Source of the DNA: Candidatus Latescibacterota bacterium
Lineage (GTDB): Bacteria > Latescibacterota > UBA2968 > UBA8231
Length of the DNA: 64,000 nucleotides
NCBI GenBank assembly: GCA_965215195.1
Contig: CBDCDC010000002.1
Location: 3,328,001 to 3,392,000 of the forward strand
Direction of reading: 5' to 3'
The notes under the pieces were generated by a model that ran no database searches, had not been told where the DNA came from, and saw only the letters and a list, made by a program, of their open reading frames with translations. Shown here one piece after another: positions 18,777-28,948 of the stretch (position 1 is the first letter of the stretch; each line of letters opens with the position of its first letter). The position numbers were made by a program, and so were the translations under genes.

Positions 18777-20501
18777 TCAATACGCCACCCCCACTAGGCG
18801 GGCAGCCGAGTTGTCAGCCCTCGCGTCGTCATCTACCTCAATACGGGCGAGGTAAAGGCCCGGGGATACTAAAATTCCCCCTGCATCTCGTCCGTCCCAG
18901 ACGAGGCGATACAGCCCGTTTGCCATGTTGCGCCTCTCAGAAAGACGCCTCACTTTCCTGCCTGCCAAGTCGTAGAATTCCACCGCTACTTGCCGGGCTA
19001 CATTGACTTTGAGCACGGCAAACGAAAAGACAGCCGCGTCGTTGATGCCGTCGCCATTTGGGGTAAAAGTGGTGGGATCCACCTCGATCATCCCGATCTG
19101 CCCGCGGCGGTCGGTCGTCAACACTGTCAACCCCTCACCTGCAGCCAATTCGTCGCCTACCGGGTTCGCTGGATCCACCCGTTGCCAGTTGTCCGCTTGC
19201 GTCGAACGCCCAACCTCGGCCGCAAAAGTGGCACCGCTCAGGAAAACGCGCGACGAAAAAGAGAGCCGCACAATATCCGCACTGCCTCGCCGCAGTATCC
19301 TTGGCAAGCCAAGTTGCAGCGTGTCGCTTGTCGCCCTAACCAACTCCAGCCTCTCCCCCACCCCATTCTCAAAACGTCCTTTTGCCACCTCGGCAAATAC
19401 TTCCTCGTTTCCGGCTGCAAATTCGCTTTCGTCTCCCAAGCTCACTTGGCGCAGTTCGATAGTCGCTTGCGAAGGAGCGATGAGACGGATGCGGTCAAAT
19501 CCCGGGTCTCGAGCGGCAAAGGAGGGGCGGATGAAGAGGTCGAAATCGATGAGTTCGCCGAGGGAGACATTCCGCTTGGGCTCTATTTCTCCGCCGATGC
19601 GCTCTACCAGCGGGGCCGTGAAGTGGACTTGGATCGACTGCAAGCTGGCGGCCGCGGCCGCGTCTTCACTGAGCAGTCTCGTCTGGAGCATCATATAGCG
19701 CCGGGGATTGGGGGAACGTATGACTTCGCCCGGTTTGACGTAGGCTTGACTCCAGTTGCTCCAGCCCGCTCCCGGCAGAAACTCGGTAAGGATCTCCCCT
19801 CTGTAGAAGGACGGCTGAGCTTCGTATTCTTCTTTGTTGGCTACTTCTGTGCCGTCTTTCTTGAAATAGCGGTTTACCTCGCGCAGATCGTTTCCCGTGC
19901 GGGTGCGGATTTCCACCGCTGTGCCCGGGGGGGTGTTAGCTTCCCATTCGATGGTAGAAAGCGTCTTGGAACTCTCCAGATCGATGAGGTCGGAAGTCAT
20001 CTCGAGGATCGGCAAGTGCCCGTTGGCGAAGACTTGGATTTCGGTCACCGTGCTCAGTATCCGGTGCCCTTCATGGGCCCTAGTGCGGCGGGCAATATCT
20101 AGGTTGCGGAATTCTAGAAAGCGCATCGGGCGCGGTGCAAAGCGATCCTCGAACAGGCGCGTATTCTGGTTTAGCTGCCGCGTCTCACCACTCAATTCCT
20201 CCCAGATTAAACTGCCATCGGATGCTAGCGAGCCGTCCGAACCGCGCAATAGATAACCAATCAGGTTTCTTCCTCCGACGCGGGTAATGATGCGCACGGC
20301 GTGGACTAGGAAGTGGGTGCCCAGATCCACGTTCAACAGACCCCATTCGGCGGTCTCCCCAGTGGGAAAATAGACCATGCCCTGCCACTCGGTACGCACG
20401 TTGCCGTCAACGGCAAGTTCGGGCGAAGAATTGGGATTGACGTCGTGCAGACTGCCGCCGCGCTCTACGATCCCCAAGGCAATGTTCTCGCCCACACTCA
20501 C
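18777..20501 (-). CDS. discoidin-like/FlgD-Ig C-terminal domain protein, C-terminal part of a frameshifted gene
   Basis: VDLG..F.V, SPNPRRY, FTPNGDGIND, YDLAGRKVR, WDGRD..G..V.PGLY; no signal peptide of its own. Confidence 0.75.
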   Translation of the reverse strand: MSVGENIALGIVERGGSLHDVNPNSSPELAVDGNVRTEWQGMVYFPTGETAEWGLLNVDLGTHFLVHAVRIITRVGGRNLIGYLLRGSDGSLASDGSLIWEELSGETRQLNQNTRLFEDRFAPRPMRFLEFRNLDIARRTRAHEGHRILSTVTEIQVFANGHLPILEMTSDLIDLESSKTLSTIEWEANTPPGTAVEIRTRTGNDLREVNRYFKKDGTEVANKEEYEAQPSFYRGEILTEFLPGAGWSNWSQAYVKPGEVIRSPNPRRYMMLQTRLLSEDAAAAASLQSIQVHFTAPLVERIGGEIEPKRNVSLGELIDFDLFIRPSFAARDPGFDRIRLIAPSQATIELRQVSLGDESEFAAGNEEVFAEVAKGRFENGVGERLELVRATSDTLQLGLPRILRRGSADIVRLSFSSRVFLSGATFAAEVGRSTQADNWQRVDPANPVGDELAAGEGLTVLTTDRRGQIGMIEVDPTTFTPNGDGINDAAVFSFAVLKVNVARQVAVEFYDLAGRKVRRLSERRNMANGLYRLVWDGRDAGGILVSPGLYLARIEVDDDARADNSAARLVGVAY

Positions 20502-21472
20502 ACCTCCACCTCGGCGAGTTGAGGCCGTTCGCGGCGGTAATAGCGCACCCCGCCCTGCTGCTCAAATGGCAACTGGTCGTAGCGCTCGGCCGTTACTAGA
20601 CGCTCTTCGCTGGCGATTTTCCAGACGTATTCCACAGCACCTTGGTCCTCTGCTGCCAGCGCCTGATACTCCTCGGCCGAGAGCTGTTGCGCCCGCTCGC
20701 CGTTGGTGGCCGTGACCGCGATGCGCAGGTACTGCATAATGCGGCCGGCCCACTCCTCTGCATAGGTGCCCAGCGGTGCGAGATCGAACTCAAAGACCCG
20801 CTGGGCGCGATTGGGCTGGGTAGTGCTGCCGACCAAGGCGTAGTCCAAGGCGCCGCTGCGGTCGGCCGTGCCAAAGGGATTTTGCCCCCCTGCCGAATGC
20901 ACCCTGAATTGCAGGAACGGATCCCCTTCTTCGGCAAAGCGCACGACGACCTTGGTGGCCGACACCAGACGGCCCAGATCGATCTCCAACACCCAGTCCT
21001 GTAGGGGGTCCGCCGGATCCGGCTCCCAAGCTGTCGCCGGATCTGCGTCAATGGCCCACTCTGCGAGTTGCGGATTTGAACCGGCCCTTTTGATACCGCC
21101 GTGCGCCAGCAGCGCGTTGTTTTCGTCTTGGAACGAATTGGCGTACTGATCCCGCAAGCTGCCATCAATGGGATAGCTAAAGTCGGCCGCATTCAATATG
21201 GCGTTGTGCGGTACTTGTACAAATCTGGACTGCACTGAGCCAGATGGCGTTATCGCCACCATGTCCCGCGGAAAATCCCAAGCCTGCCAGTGCGCCTCGG
21301 TTCGCACCTCCACCTGACCCGCGCCCATACTGTAACCCCTCGACTGGGCCCATACCCCGTTTAGAGCCATAGGGAGAAGGGCTACACAATAGAGAGCCGC
21401 GGACAAAAGACCCAATCGCCGCACGGCGGTCGCCAAAATCATCGAGTACTGTGCAAGCAAGCAGCGTTTCAT
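20498..21472 (-). CDS. secreted discoidin-like protein, N-terminal part of the same frameshifted gene
   Basis: Signal peptide, AIDADPATAW, EIDLGRLV; ends LAEVEV-TGA, and one extra G gives EVEVWSVGENIAL in frame with the next ORF. Confidence 0.7.
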   Translation of the reverse strand: MKRCLLAQYSMILATAVRRLGLLSAALYCVALLPMALNGVWAQSRGYSMGAGQVEVRTEAHWQAWDFPRDMVAITPSGSVQSRFVQVPHNAILNAADFSYPIDGSLRDQYANSFQDENNALLAHGGIKRAGSNPQLAEWAIDADPATAWEPDPADPLQDWVLEIDLGRLVSATKVVVRFAEEGDPFLQFRVHSAGGQNPFGTADRSGALDYALVGSTTQPNRAQRVFEFDLAPLGTYAEEWAGRIMQYLRIAVTATNGERAQQLSAEEYQALAAEDQGAVEYVWKIASEERLVTAERYDQLPFEQQGGVRYYRRERPQLAEVEV

Positions 21473-21502
21473 AACCTGTTGTCCCGGATAAGACGCATCT
21501 GT

Positions 21503-23248
21503 TTATCGCGAATCATCGCCCTTGGTTGGGGCTTCCCATGTATGGCGTTGCAGGAACGCATCGGGCAGGGCCGCCTCCAACGCGCTGTCAGATACGGCGA
21601 GCCGCTCTTTGTACTTGTCCAGCAGATCGTCGATCAGTTCCTCAAAAAGCTGCTCTCGCTTCTGTCCGCGCACCAAAGCCCGCGCCTTTTTCTCGACTTG
21701 AAAAAAGGGCGCTAACTCTCCCCCCTCGCGGTTGAGAACCTTAAAAATGCTGTATCCGCCTTTGACGCGCTCCGGGCCGGTTATTTCGTCGAGAGCGGCC
21801 GCCTTTACTGCTTTGAAGAGCCGCGGCTGGGTCAAACGCTCGTACTCGCCCAGAGGCATCAAGCCATCCTCTTCCTTCATACCCGGGCGAATAGTGTGCT
21901 TTTGCGCGAGCATTCCGAGGGTCGCACCTCGTTCAATGGTGCGCAGCAAACCAGCGGCTTCCACCTCGGTCTCGACCAGTACTTCAACGACGATGTATTG
22001 GGCCGGCTCCCTGAACAACCCCTCATTGTTCTCGTAAAAATCCCTCGCTTCCTCCCGGCTCGCCGCGGATTGGTCGATGATCTCTTCCTCGCGTAGCTGT
22101 TTGATCATGAATTCCGCGTGCATTTCCTCCAATCGCTGTTGTCCACCCGCCATCTCCGCCAATCCGGCCCGCTGCGCCGCCTCTGCCAACAAGGCCGGTA
22201 TCAGTACCAGTTCCCTCGCTGTATTGACTACTTCAGCACTGTCCCGCACACCCCAGCCGGACATGGCCCGCATATCCTTCCACAGGGCATTGAGGTAATC
22301 GCCCAGCGTGATCTGCCCCCCCTCATAGGTAAAGAGGGGCTGGTCCGCCTCCTCGGCGGCCAGATGGGCGCGTCGCACCCGGGGGTGGAGGGCCGCTTTA
22401 TTCAACAGGAGCTCCACGCCCTCTGGCACTAGCTGCACGTCCAGCTTGCGGGTGAGGGCCGCGATTTCCGCCCTCTCCTGCTCTAGTCGCTTGCGTTCGT
22501 AAAGTATATCGCGGATCTGCTGTCGTCTCTCCTCGAGCGCAACGGGCTGGTCTTGGAGAAAACGCACGATCTGGTAGCGCGTACCCATGGGCATGATCGG
22601 GGATAGCTGTCCACTCGGCAGACTGCGGAACACCTCGTCTGGAATCTGCAACCTGCGAGCCTGCTCCAGATCGATAAATCCCAGTACGCCCCCCTGAGAA
22701 GCCGACCGTTCGTCTATGGTGTATTCGGCGGCCAGCCGGGCAAAATCCCCGCCCGCTTCGAGTTGCTCATAGATTTGCTTTGCAGTGCTGTCTTCTTCCA
22801 CCAGAATGCCCGCCATCTGGCGCTTGCGGTCCAAGCCGCTGTGGGCGAAATAGGCGCGTACCTCCTCCTCGGAAACCTGTACGTTGGGTGCCAGTGCGAG
22901 CCGGCGATAGGTGTTGACCAAGTGCTGGCGCCAGTAGGGCATCACCTTAGTCTGTACCACCTCGGCGGTATCCAATCCCCGCTCTTTGGCCTCCAATACG
23001 AGCAGGTGCTTGGCCAGCAGACTGCGCAGGTAGTGCTTCCGCACCGGGTCGCCCTGCCCTTTGAGGCGCAAGGGCTGGGGCATCTGGACGACGAAATCGC
23101 GCATCTCGGCAGCCGAGATGGACGTGGAATCAATGCGCGCCACCACCCCGGGTTCGAGTACGACCTCCGCACCCGGAGAACACGCCGCGAGGCTCCATAC
23201 GAGTGCCAGTTCGCATCCTTGCCAAGTCCATGGTTTTCTGTGTCCCAT
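21503..23248 (-). CDS. SurA/PrsA-like peptidyl-prolyl isomerase with two parvulin domains, probable lipoprotein
   Basis: LAAC lipobox; GGDFARLAAEYTID..S...GG.LG; second degenerate parvulin domain (GYSIFKV). Confidence 0.8.
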   Translation of the reverse strand: MGHRKPWTWQGCELALVWSLAACSPGAEVVLEPGVVARIDSTSISAAEMRDFVVQMPQPLRLKGQGDPVRKHYLRSLLAKHLLVLEAKERGLDTAEVVQTKVMPYWRQHLVNTYRRLALAPNVQVSEEEVRAYFAHSGLDRKRQMAGILVEEDSTAKQIYEQLEAGGDFARLAAEYTIDERSASQGGVLGFIDLEQARRLQIPDEVFRSLPSGQLSPIMPMGTRYQIVRFLQDQPVALEERRQQIRDILYERKRLEQERAEIAALTRKLDVQLVPEGVELLLNKAALHPRVRRAHLAAEEADQPLFTYEGGQITLGDYLNALWKDMRAMSGWGVRDSAEVVNTARELVLIPALLAEAAQRAGLAEMAGGQQRLEEMHAEFMIKQLREEEIIDQSAASREEARDFYENNEGLFREPAQYIVVEVLVETEVEAAGLLRTIERGATLGMLAQKHTIRPGMKEEDGLMPLGEYERLTQPRLFKAVKAAALDEITGPERVKGGYSIFKVLNREGGELAPFFQVEKKARALVRGQKREQLFEELIDDLLDKYKERLAVSDSALEAALPDAFLQRHTWEAPTKGDDSR

Positions 23249-23256
23249 GTCTTCTA

Positions 23257-25107
23257 TCAGTACGCCAGAGCGATAGACCCCAAGCGCTCCTCCCGCCCGC
23301 TGCCTGCTTCTACCGCGACGCGGTAAATGTACAGTCCTGGAGCTACCAATTCGCCTTGGTCATCCCGCCCGTCCCAAGCAGTTTTATAGAGTGCGCTACC
23401 CCCCTCCCTGCCGCCCAAGGTGCGCACTCGGTTTCCCGCCAGCGCGTAGATTTCCGTCGCGAGAGGCACGACATCGGTCAGACGCAGTAAAGTATAGGAG
23501 AACTGCACTCGGTCGTTGACCCCGTCTCCATTGGGTGAGAATGGGTTGGGAACCACCTGCACGGCGCTGAGCAGACGGCCCTTGAGCGGCGTGCGGACGT
23601 TCAAGGCGTCGCTCAACAACTCGCTCATAGCATCTCCGGGAATCACGCTCTGGGGTACTTCGTCGCGGTCCGCATCCGACACCGCGCCGCTGAAGGTCGT
23701 TCCATAGCTGAAGACTCGGGCGTCGAAATCTACTTCTAACAGCGTCTGGTCTTGGTCGATGCGGTCAAATTGGATGGCGAATTGGTGGGGATCTGCCGGA
23801 GCGAAACTCGGGGTAAAATCTTCTACTTCGCGGTCGATGCGCACCTCGTGGATGGCCTCCAGACGAGCGGGCGTATGCACCTCGAGAACATTGAAACCCG
23901 ATTGCCCGGCCTCTAGTCGAGTCCGCACTGCATAAGTAAACCGAACCGGGTCGGATGACTCAACAAAAGAAGGGTAGATCTCGCCAATCGCCTCGGCGAC
24001 TACCGGGGGTTGGGAAAATTCAAAAAACAGCGAGTCAATCTGTCCTCCCGCCAAGCTAGCAGAAAAAAAAGCGATGCGTAGCTGCACGTACTGCCGGGGG
24101 CTGGGAGAAAGCATCCGGGTGCCGGCGAGTCCGTCCGCATACTCATAGGTGTGCCATACGCTCCAGTTTTCCAGATCCGGGGTAATGCGCCCCTGCACGT
24201 TCTGGGGCATAGCCTCATACGCTTGGCGGCTCATGGGCCGACCGTTGATCCCGAGTGGCACTTCCTCTGCCCCCACGCCGGTCTTGCGCCAGTAGATTTC
24301 GGGCTGGTCATCGCGGCCGCTGCGGCTCTGGATGACTGTTTTCGCTCCTATATCGAGTTGGCCGCTCCACCAGATGCGTCCCAAACTCGATGCTCGTCCT
24401 AGATCGATCGGGTCGGACAGAAATGAGGCATGGGGAACAAACCCCTGACCGTACACCTCGAACTCGGCCACTTCCCAAGTCTCCCCCACTTCCACAGGGT
24501 GGAGATAGACGTGGCGTGCTATCTGGGGTTCGATATCCAGTTCGACCGCCGGGTTCAAGTTGTCTTTCTCGTCGCGGACTAAGGTCCAGATGAGATTCCC
24601 TTTTTCGTTTTTGCTCTCTTCCCTGCCGTCGTTGATATAAAGCCTAAACTGGCGGATCTTGTGCCCCGGATGATCGGCGCGGGTTGCAAAGCGGACCCCT
24701 TCAATGGGGAATGGGGCCCCCAGATCGAAGAACAGCGGCGTGGTATAGAAGAACCCGGGGCCGCGAAAGAAATTGATGCGCGGCGGATGTACAAAAGCCG
24801 TAGTCGAATCGCCATCTACTATCAGTACGCGGTCGTCTAGCCAATTGGCCGGCAGGGTGTAAATGCTCACCAAGCTGGTAATATCGCCATTCCGCTCGCC
24901 CATCGAGGCAATCAGATTCTCGCCGCTTTCGGCGCTGAATGGGCGGATGGCACCCGGCACTTTTTTCACGTCGATAGAACTCAGGGCACCGCTTCCACTC
25001 CAAGGGTTTCCGGCGCGGCCCCCCAGTTGGTAAAATTGGCGCGCCTCGGCCCGATAGCCCGCTCCCGCCATCAACCCTGTCAGGACTACAATCAGGACCT
25101 GTCTCAC
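23257..25107 (-). CDS. secreted discoidin-like/FlgD-Ig C-terminal domain protein
   Basis: GTG 25107 after AAGGAG; signal peptide; FDLGAPF, EFEVYGQGF, SPSPRQY, FSPNGDGVND, WDGRDDQG.LVAPGLY. Confidence 0.8.
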   Translation of the reverse strand: MRQVLIVVLTGLMAGAGYRAEARQFYQLGGRAGNPWSGSGALSSIDVKKVPGAIRPFSAESGENLIASMGERNGDITSLVSIYTLPANWLDDRVLIVDGDSTTAFVHPPRINFFRGPGFFYTTPLFFDLGAPFPIEGVRFATRADHPGHKIRQFRLYINDGREESKNEKGNLIWTLVRDEKDNLNPAVELDIEPQIARHVYLHPVEVGETWEVAEFEVYGQGFVPHASFLSDPIDLGRASSLGRIWWSGQLDIGAKTVIQSRSGRDDQPEIYWRKTGVGAEEVPLGINGRPMSRQAYEAMPQNVQGRITPDLENWSVWHTYEYADGLAGTRMLSPSPRQYVQLRIAFFSASLAGGQIDSLFFEFSQPPVVAEAIGEIYPSFVESSDPVRFTYAVRTRLEAGQSGFNVLEVHTPARLEAIHEVRIDREVEDFTPSFAPADPHQFAIQFDRIDQDQTLLEVDFDARVFSYGTTFSGAVSDADRDEVPQSVIPGDAMSELLSDALNVRTPLKGRLLSAVQVVPNPFSPNGDGVNDRVQFSYTLLRLTDVVPLATEIYALAGNRVRTLGGREGGSALYKTAWDGRDDQGELVAPGLYIYRVAVEAGSGREERLGSIALAY

Positions 25108-25144
25108 CGAGTGCCTCCTTTGCTTGGTTGCCAACCAAGAGAAC

Positions 25145-25176
25145 GGCGGGGTTCACAGTCGCCCGCGAACCCCGCC
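25145..25176 (-). terminator. intergenic hairpin (weak terminator or mRNA stabiliser)
   Basis: GGCGGGGTTC/GAACCCCGCC perfect 10 bp stem, followed on the minus strand by GTTCTCTT. Confidence 0.55.
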
Positions 25177-25220
25177 TAAAACGATCCTTCGACCTCTGTG
25201 GTGCAGACAGTCGGGTCGGC

Positions 25221-26096
25221 CTATTTGAAGGTGGACTTGATCTGGCCCCAAGTGTTGGCCTCGACCGCGGTAGCTCTAGCCTCGGGCAATCCCTCTTCGA
25301 TTGGTGCCAACAAATAGTCGCCGAACTGGTCGGCATCCCTAGAAGCGCCTATGCCACCGAAACCGGACCAATAGGCATCGTCGTAGGAGCCGGGATCGGC
25401 ATCCTTGTCGCCCCAGTTGACCTCTATGCCGACGACTGTGCCTTCGACCCAATTGTGTCTGACACTCTGGTCGGGGCCGTCGGGATGGATGTCGTCAAAG
25501 GGCACAATGGAGTACTCGCCGAACATTTCGGCCGGCTCTTGGGTATTGACGTCGCCGCGGAGAAACTTGCCGGCCCACTCTACGTAAGGGGACTGGCCCG
25601 CCCACGCTTTGGAGCCATCGATAATCCGGGTATAATAGCCGGAAGAGCTGAAAATCGGGCCGGCCAGATCGTAGCGCTGGGCTTGGGCACTGGCCCAACG
25701 GGTCTCGAAGTCATCCCCTTGGTCAAAGCCGCGAAAGATGCCGCCGGTGTGATCCCAATCCGTGGTCGTCGACCACTTCTCGGTGTCGTTGATAAAGTCG
25801 TCGGCGATCCAAGCGCCAAAATAGGCCTTGCCGTCGTTGATGTTGTAGCCCCAGACGAGCCAGGCGTTGAAATCGCTCAAATCCATGGGCGCACCGAACT
25901 GGTTGAACATGGTTTCGGCTTTGATCTTGTACACATCGCCGACAATGTCCCAGTCCGACATATCGCCGTCCAACTCCGGCGTCAGGTGATCCGGGAACTG
26001 GAACATGAACCTGATCTCGCCTTGGTGGCCAAAAGCCGCGCCGACCACGAGGGCCGAGACCAATAAAGCAATGGACACCTGATTGATTCTCTTCAT
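25221..26096 (-). CDS. secreted CBM9/DOMON-like protein with C-terminal TAVE..TWGQIK tail
   Basis: Signal peptide, PELDGDMSDW motif, Asp/Trp-rich beta body, ends ATAVEANTWGQIKSTFK. Confidence 0.7.
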   Translation of the reverse strand: MKRINQVSIALLVSALVVGAAFGHQGEIRFMFQFPDHLTPELDGDMSDWDIVGDVYKIKAETMFNQFGAPMDLSDFNAWLVWGYNINDGKAYFGAWIADDFINDTEKWSTTTDWDHTGGIFRGFDQGDDFETRWASAQAQRYDLAGPIFSSSGYYTRIIDGSKAWAGQSPYVEWAGKFLRGDVNTQEPAEMFGEYSIVPFDDIHPDGPDQSVRHNWVEGTVVGIEVNWGDKDADPGSYDDAYWSGFGGIGASRDADQFGDYLLAPIEEGLPEARATAVEANTWGQIKSTFK

Positions 26097-26253
26097 TGTA
26101 ATACCTCTTTTTCAGTTAGTGTGTGGACATTGCGCCCTTTGCTGCTCCAAGCGGGCCTGAAACGACGCCTGTTTCTTTCTCCTCCTTTCAGTTGCCAACA
26201 GATCGTCTGTTAAAAATATATCTTGAATTCAACTTTGAGGCAGGTCAAATCCA

Positions 26254-28923
26254 CTAGCGTTCCAGCCCTGCATAGGCCGTCATGAATATCTTGCTGGTCG
26301 TGCTAGAGGGCAAATTTTCAAACGTCAGCTTCTGTAGGCGAAATCCCGTCTGTAGATGGAGCCTGTAGCCGAGGTAATCCGAGGCGTTATTAAATTGCAG
26401 CGCGACGATGCGACTGAAGGAATCCGGCTCTAGGTCGCGCTTGACTGGCACCCCCTCGTCGTCGTCGCGGAACTGCTCAAAGTGGGATAGTTCTAGTCCC
26501 AATTCGATGAGCGTATGGGAGAGCAGGGGAATGCGGGCAATGAGAAAAAGCGTCTCGGTCAACTCGCGGCGCTCCGGGTCGCGCTTGCGAACGGGACGCT
26601 CGCGCAAAAATTCGCTCTTGAAGCGCGGTTCAAGTTCGATGTTTCCCACCGGGAAGGTGTAATCGACTTTGTTGATGAGACCGACAAAGCTGGCCGTGCT
26701 GCGTAGGTCGCGCTGATCCCGGCGCTGGTTGTAGGTTTCAGTCTTGAGCTTGTTGATTACGTTGAGGTTTCCTATGCGCGTGAAGTCGAACTGTACATAG
26801 GACGTGTTGACCCAAGTGTCGCGGGCCGGGAGCAAATCGAAAACGCGCTGTTGAGTGCCGCGGGAATTAGACGGCTGCACCCACTGGAAGAGGTTGTCGG
26901 GAATATCGTCCTCGACCAGCTTGAAGTTGTCGAACACCCGCAAGCGGCCCAACCGGGCAAAATCCCTTTCGTAGGTGAAGAGCAGGTACGTGGATTCGTT
27001 TTTGCGATCCCCGGCCAGCAGTTTTTCGCGCAAATGCCCGACGGTCAGCCGGGCCTCGGGGCCGATGTGGGTTCCCGCGTACATATTGTAGCCGCGGTGG
27101 TCGCGCCCGTAGGGATAATCGGGTTCTTCGTCGTTTTCAAAGCGGTCGATCCAGCCGTTGTTGTTCATGTCAACGCCAAAGAGGTATTCGGGTCTATCGG
27201 AGTGATAGCGCAGGAAGGGCTCTTCGTAATCGGGAATGAAGTTCTGTCGATCCTCGGTATCGTTCTGGTTGAAATCCGAGACGAAATCGTTGTTCTCGTC
27301 AAAACCTGGAAAGACCGCATTGTCCGACAGCATACTATAGCGGTTCCAGTCCGGCCGGCGGTCTTGGTCATCGTTGTCCTCGACGAACTCGTAGATATAG
27401 GATATTTCGTCTTCGTAATCGATTTCGTCCTGTCCCCGAGTACCCGCCAAAAAGGTGCGGGTAGAATAGTCGTCGTCCATGCTGTAGCCTTCGAGAAAGA
27501 CAAACCAAGGATAGGACGCCTTGGACAGGTTGAACATCCATGCCTCGGCGTCGTCAACCGCCTTGCGATGATCCTTTAGGTTGAGATTGGGATACTGGCG
27601 GTACTGCTTGTTGAAATCGTACTCCCCGTAAAAGTCAAAACCCCAGATCTTATTGGTCTCTAAGGTAACGCCGAGGATGGTATTGGCCGTGGGCAGGCCG
27701 TAGTCGAATTGCAACAGGCGCTGGTTGGAGTTGTCGCGGATATTATCCTCGGCCCGTTCGATCAGCAAAAAGACGGGCTGCGAGTCCCGGTTGGTCTGCC
27801 GGTCGGACGTGATTTCCACCTTGTAGTCGTTGGAGATCACCAATTCAAAGGATACTCTCTCAATAACCGTAGGATCGGGTCCTATGTACAAAGGGTCCGT
27901 AAAATCGTAGGTGAGGGTAATGCGCTCGTCCCCGTCGGCGGCTAAAAACCCCACCCGTTGGAATCCCCCTTCGCGTATGGGCTCGAATCCTATGGCACTG
28001 CCTCTGAAAACGTTGCCATCGACATCCTCGATGATGATTTCGTCGTCGAACAGGGCCGCCCCACCCACCCCGTCGGCAGGCGAGTCGTCCGACAGCCGGA
28101 TAATGATGCGGGATATGGGCAGCGCATTCTGGTCGGTGGTCAAGGCCCCGCCCGTGAAAGGGTTGCCGGTGAAATCGTCGAACAGCGTCTGGCCTTGGAA
28201 GGCGGTCACATAGGTCGCCCCGACCTCGACGAAGTCGCCAACCTGAACGATGCCCCGCCCACCAAGCAAGTTGGTGACACTGGTCTTCTGATCGGGAATA
28301 TCCAGCGAAGTGGCCACGGCCGGCCGACTGGGCCGGGCCAACAGGAGAGTACCCTGGTACTTATCGGCAGCAAAGTCCCACTGAATGCCGTTGAATGTGG
28401 GTTTAGAAAAGGTCATCGGTGTCAAAGTGGTGCGGATCTCATCGCCAATCGTGATGCTATAGTAGTATTGTCCCTTGTGGTCCGAGGAGACGACTACTCG
28501 GTTGAACCACTGGTTGAACCTGTTGGTCTTGAGGATGCTACTGCCGAATTGCTGGGGACGATCTTGCTGCCAATCGTAGATCAACCAGCCCCGGGCGACT
28601 AGATTGCCGAAGAAATCGTAGAAGTAATCGCCCTCTAACGCGGTGTCCACATAGCGCTGATAGGGCTCGCGGGCGTAGTTGGAGTACTCCCACTGTCTCC
28701 ATTGGTACTCCCTATACAGTTCTTGGGGGACGTACCATTTGCGCACTGCCGGATCCAGCGCATCGAATAATACCCCCGGTCCCTGCGGGGAAAAATCCAC
28801 CTCTCCACCTTGCTTCACTCTACCGAGGCGCGAGCCGTATGCTTGGGCACCAACCGGAGTCGGCGCACTCCAGCCTAGCGCGCAAAAAACAGCACCTACC
28901 ACAATCAGATAGCACTTGCTCAA
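26254..28923 (-). CDS. large secreted protein, probable outer-membrane beta-barrel
   Basis: TTG 28923 after GAGGAGGAGG; signal peptide; aromatic-rich alternating strands in the C-terminal third; DxNxN/DxDxD Ca-loop-like segments. Confidence 0.65.
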   Translation of the reverse strand: MSKCYLIVVGAVFCALGWSAPTPVGAQAYGSRLGRVKQGGEVDFSPQGPGVLFDALDPAVRKWYVPQELYREYQWRQWEYSNYAREPYQRYVDTALEGDYFYDFFGNLVARGWLIYDWQQDRPQQFGSSILKTNRFNQWFNRVVVSSDHKGQYYYSITIGDEIRTTLTPMTFSKPTFNGIQWDFAADKYQGTLLLARPSRPAVATSLDIPDQKTSVTNLLGGRGIVQVGDFVEVGATYVTAFQGQTLFDDFTGNPFTGGALTTDQNALPISRIIIRLSDDSPADGVGGAALFDDEIIIEDVDGNVFRGSAIGFEPIREGGFQRVGFLAADGDERITLTYDFTDPLYIGPDPTVIERVSFELVISNDYKVEITSDRQTNRDSQPVFLLIERAEDNIRDNSNQRLLQFDYGLPTANTILGVTLETNKIWGFDFYGEYDFNKQYRQYPNLNLKDHRKAVDDAEAWMFNLSKASYPWFVFLEGYSMDDDYSTRTFLAGTRGQDEIDYEDEISYIYEFVEDNDDQDRRPDWNRYSMLSDNAVFPGFDENNDFVSDFNQNDTEDRQNFIPDYEEPFLRYHSDRPEYLFGVDMNNNGWIDRFENDEEPDYPYGRDHRGYNMYAGTHIGPEARLTVGHLREKLLAGDRKNESTYLLFTYERDFARLGRLRVFDNFKLVEDDIPDNLFQWVQPSNSRGTQQRVFDLLPARDTWVNTSYVQFDFTRIGNLNVINKLKTETYNQRRDQRDLRSTASFVGLINKVDYTFPVGNIELEPRFKSEFLRERPVRKRDPERRELTETLFLIARIPLLSHTLIELGLELSHFEQFRDDDEGVPVKRDLEPDSFSRIVALQFNNASDYLGYRLHLQTGFRLQKLTFENLPSSTTSKIFMTAYAGLER

Positions 28924-28948
28924 AATCCTCCTCCTCGCTTGGCTGGCA

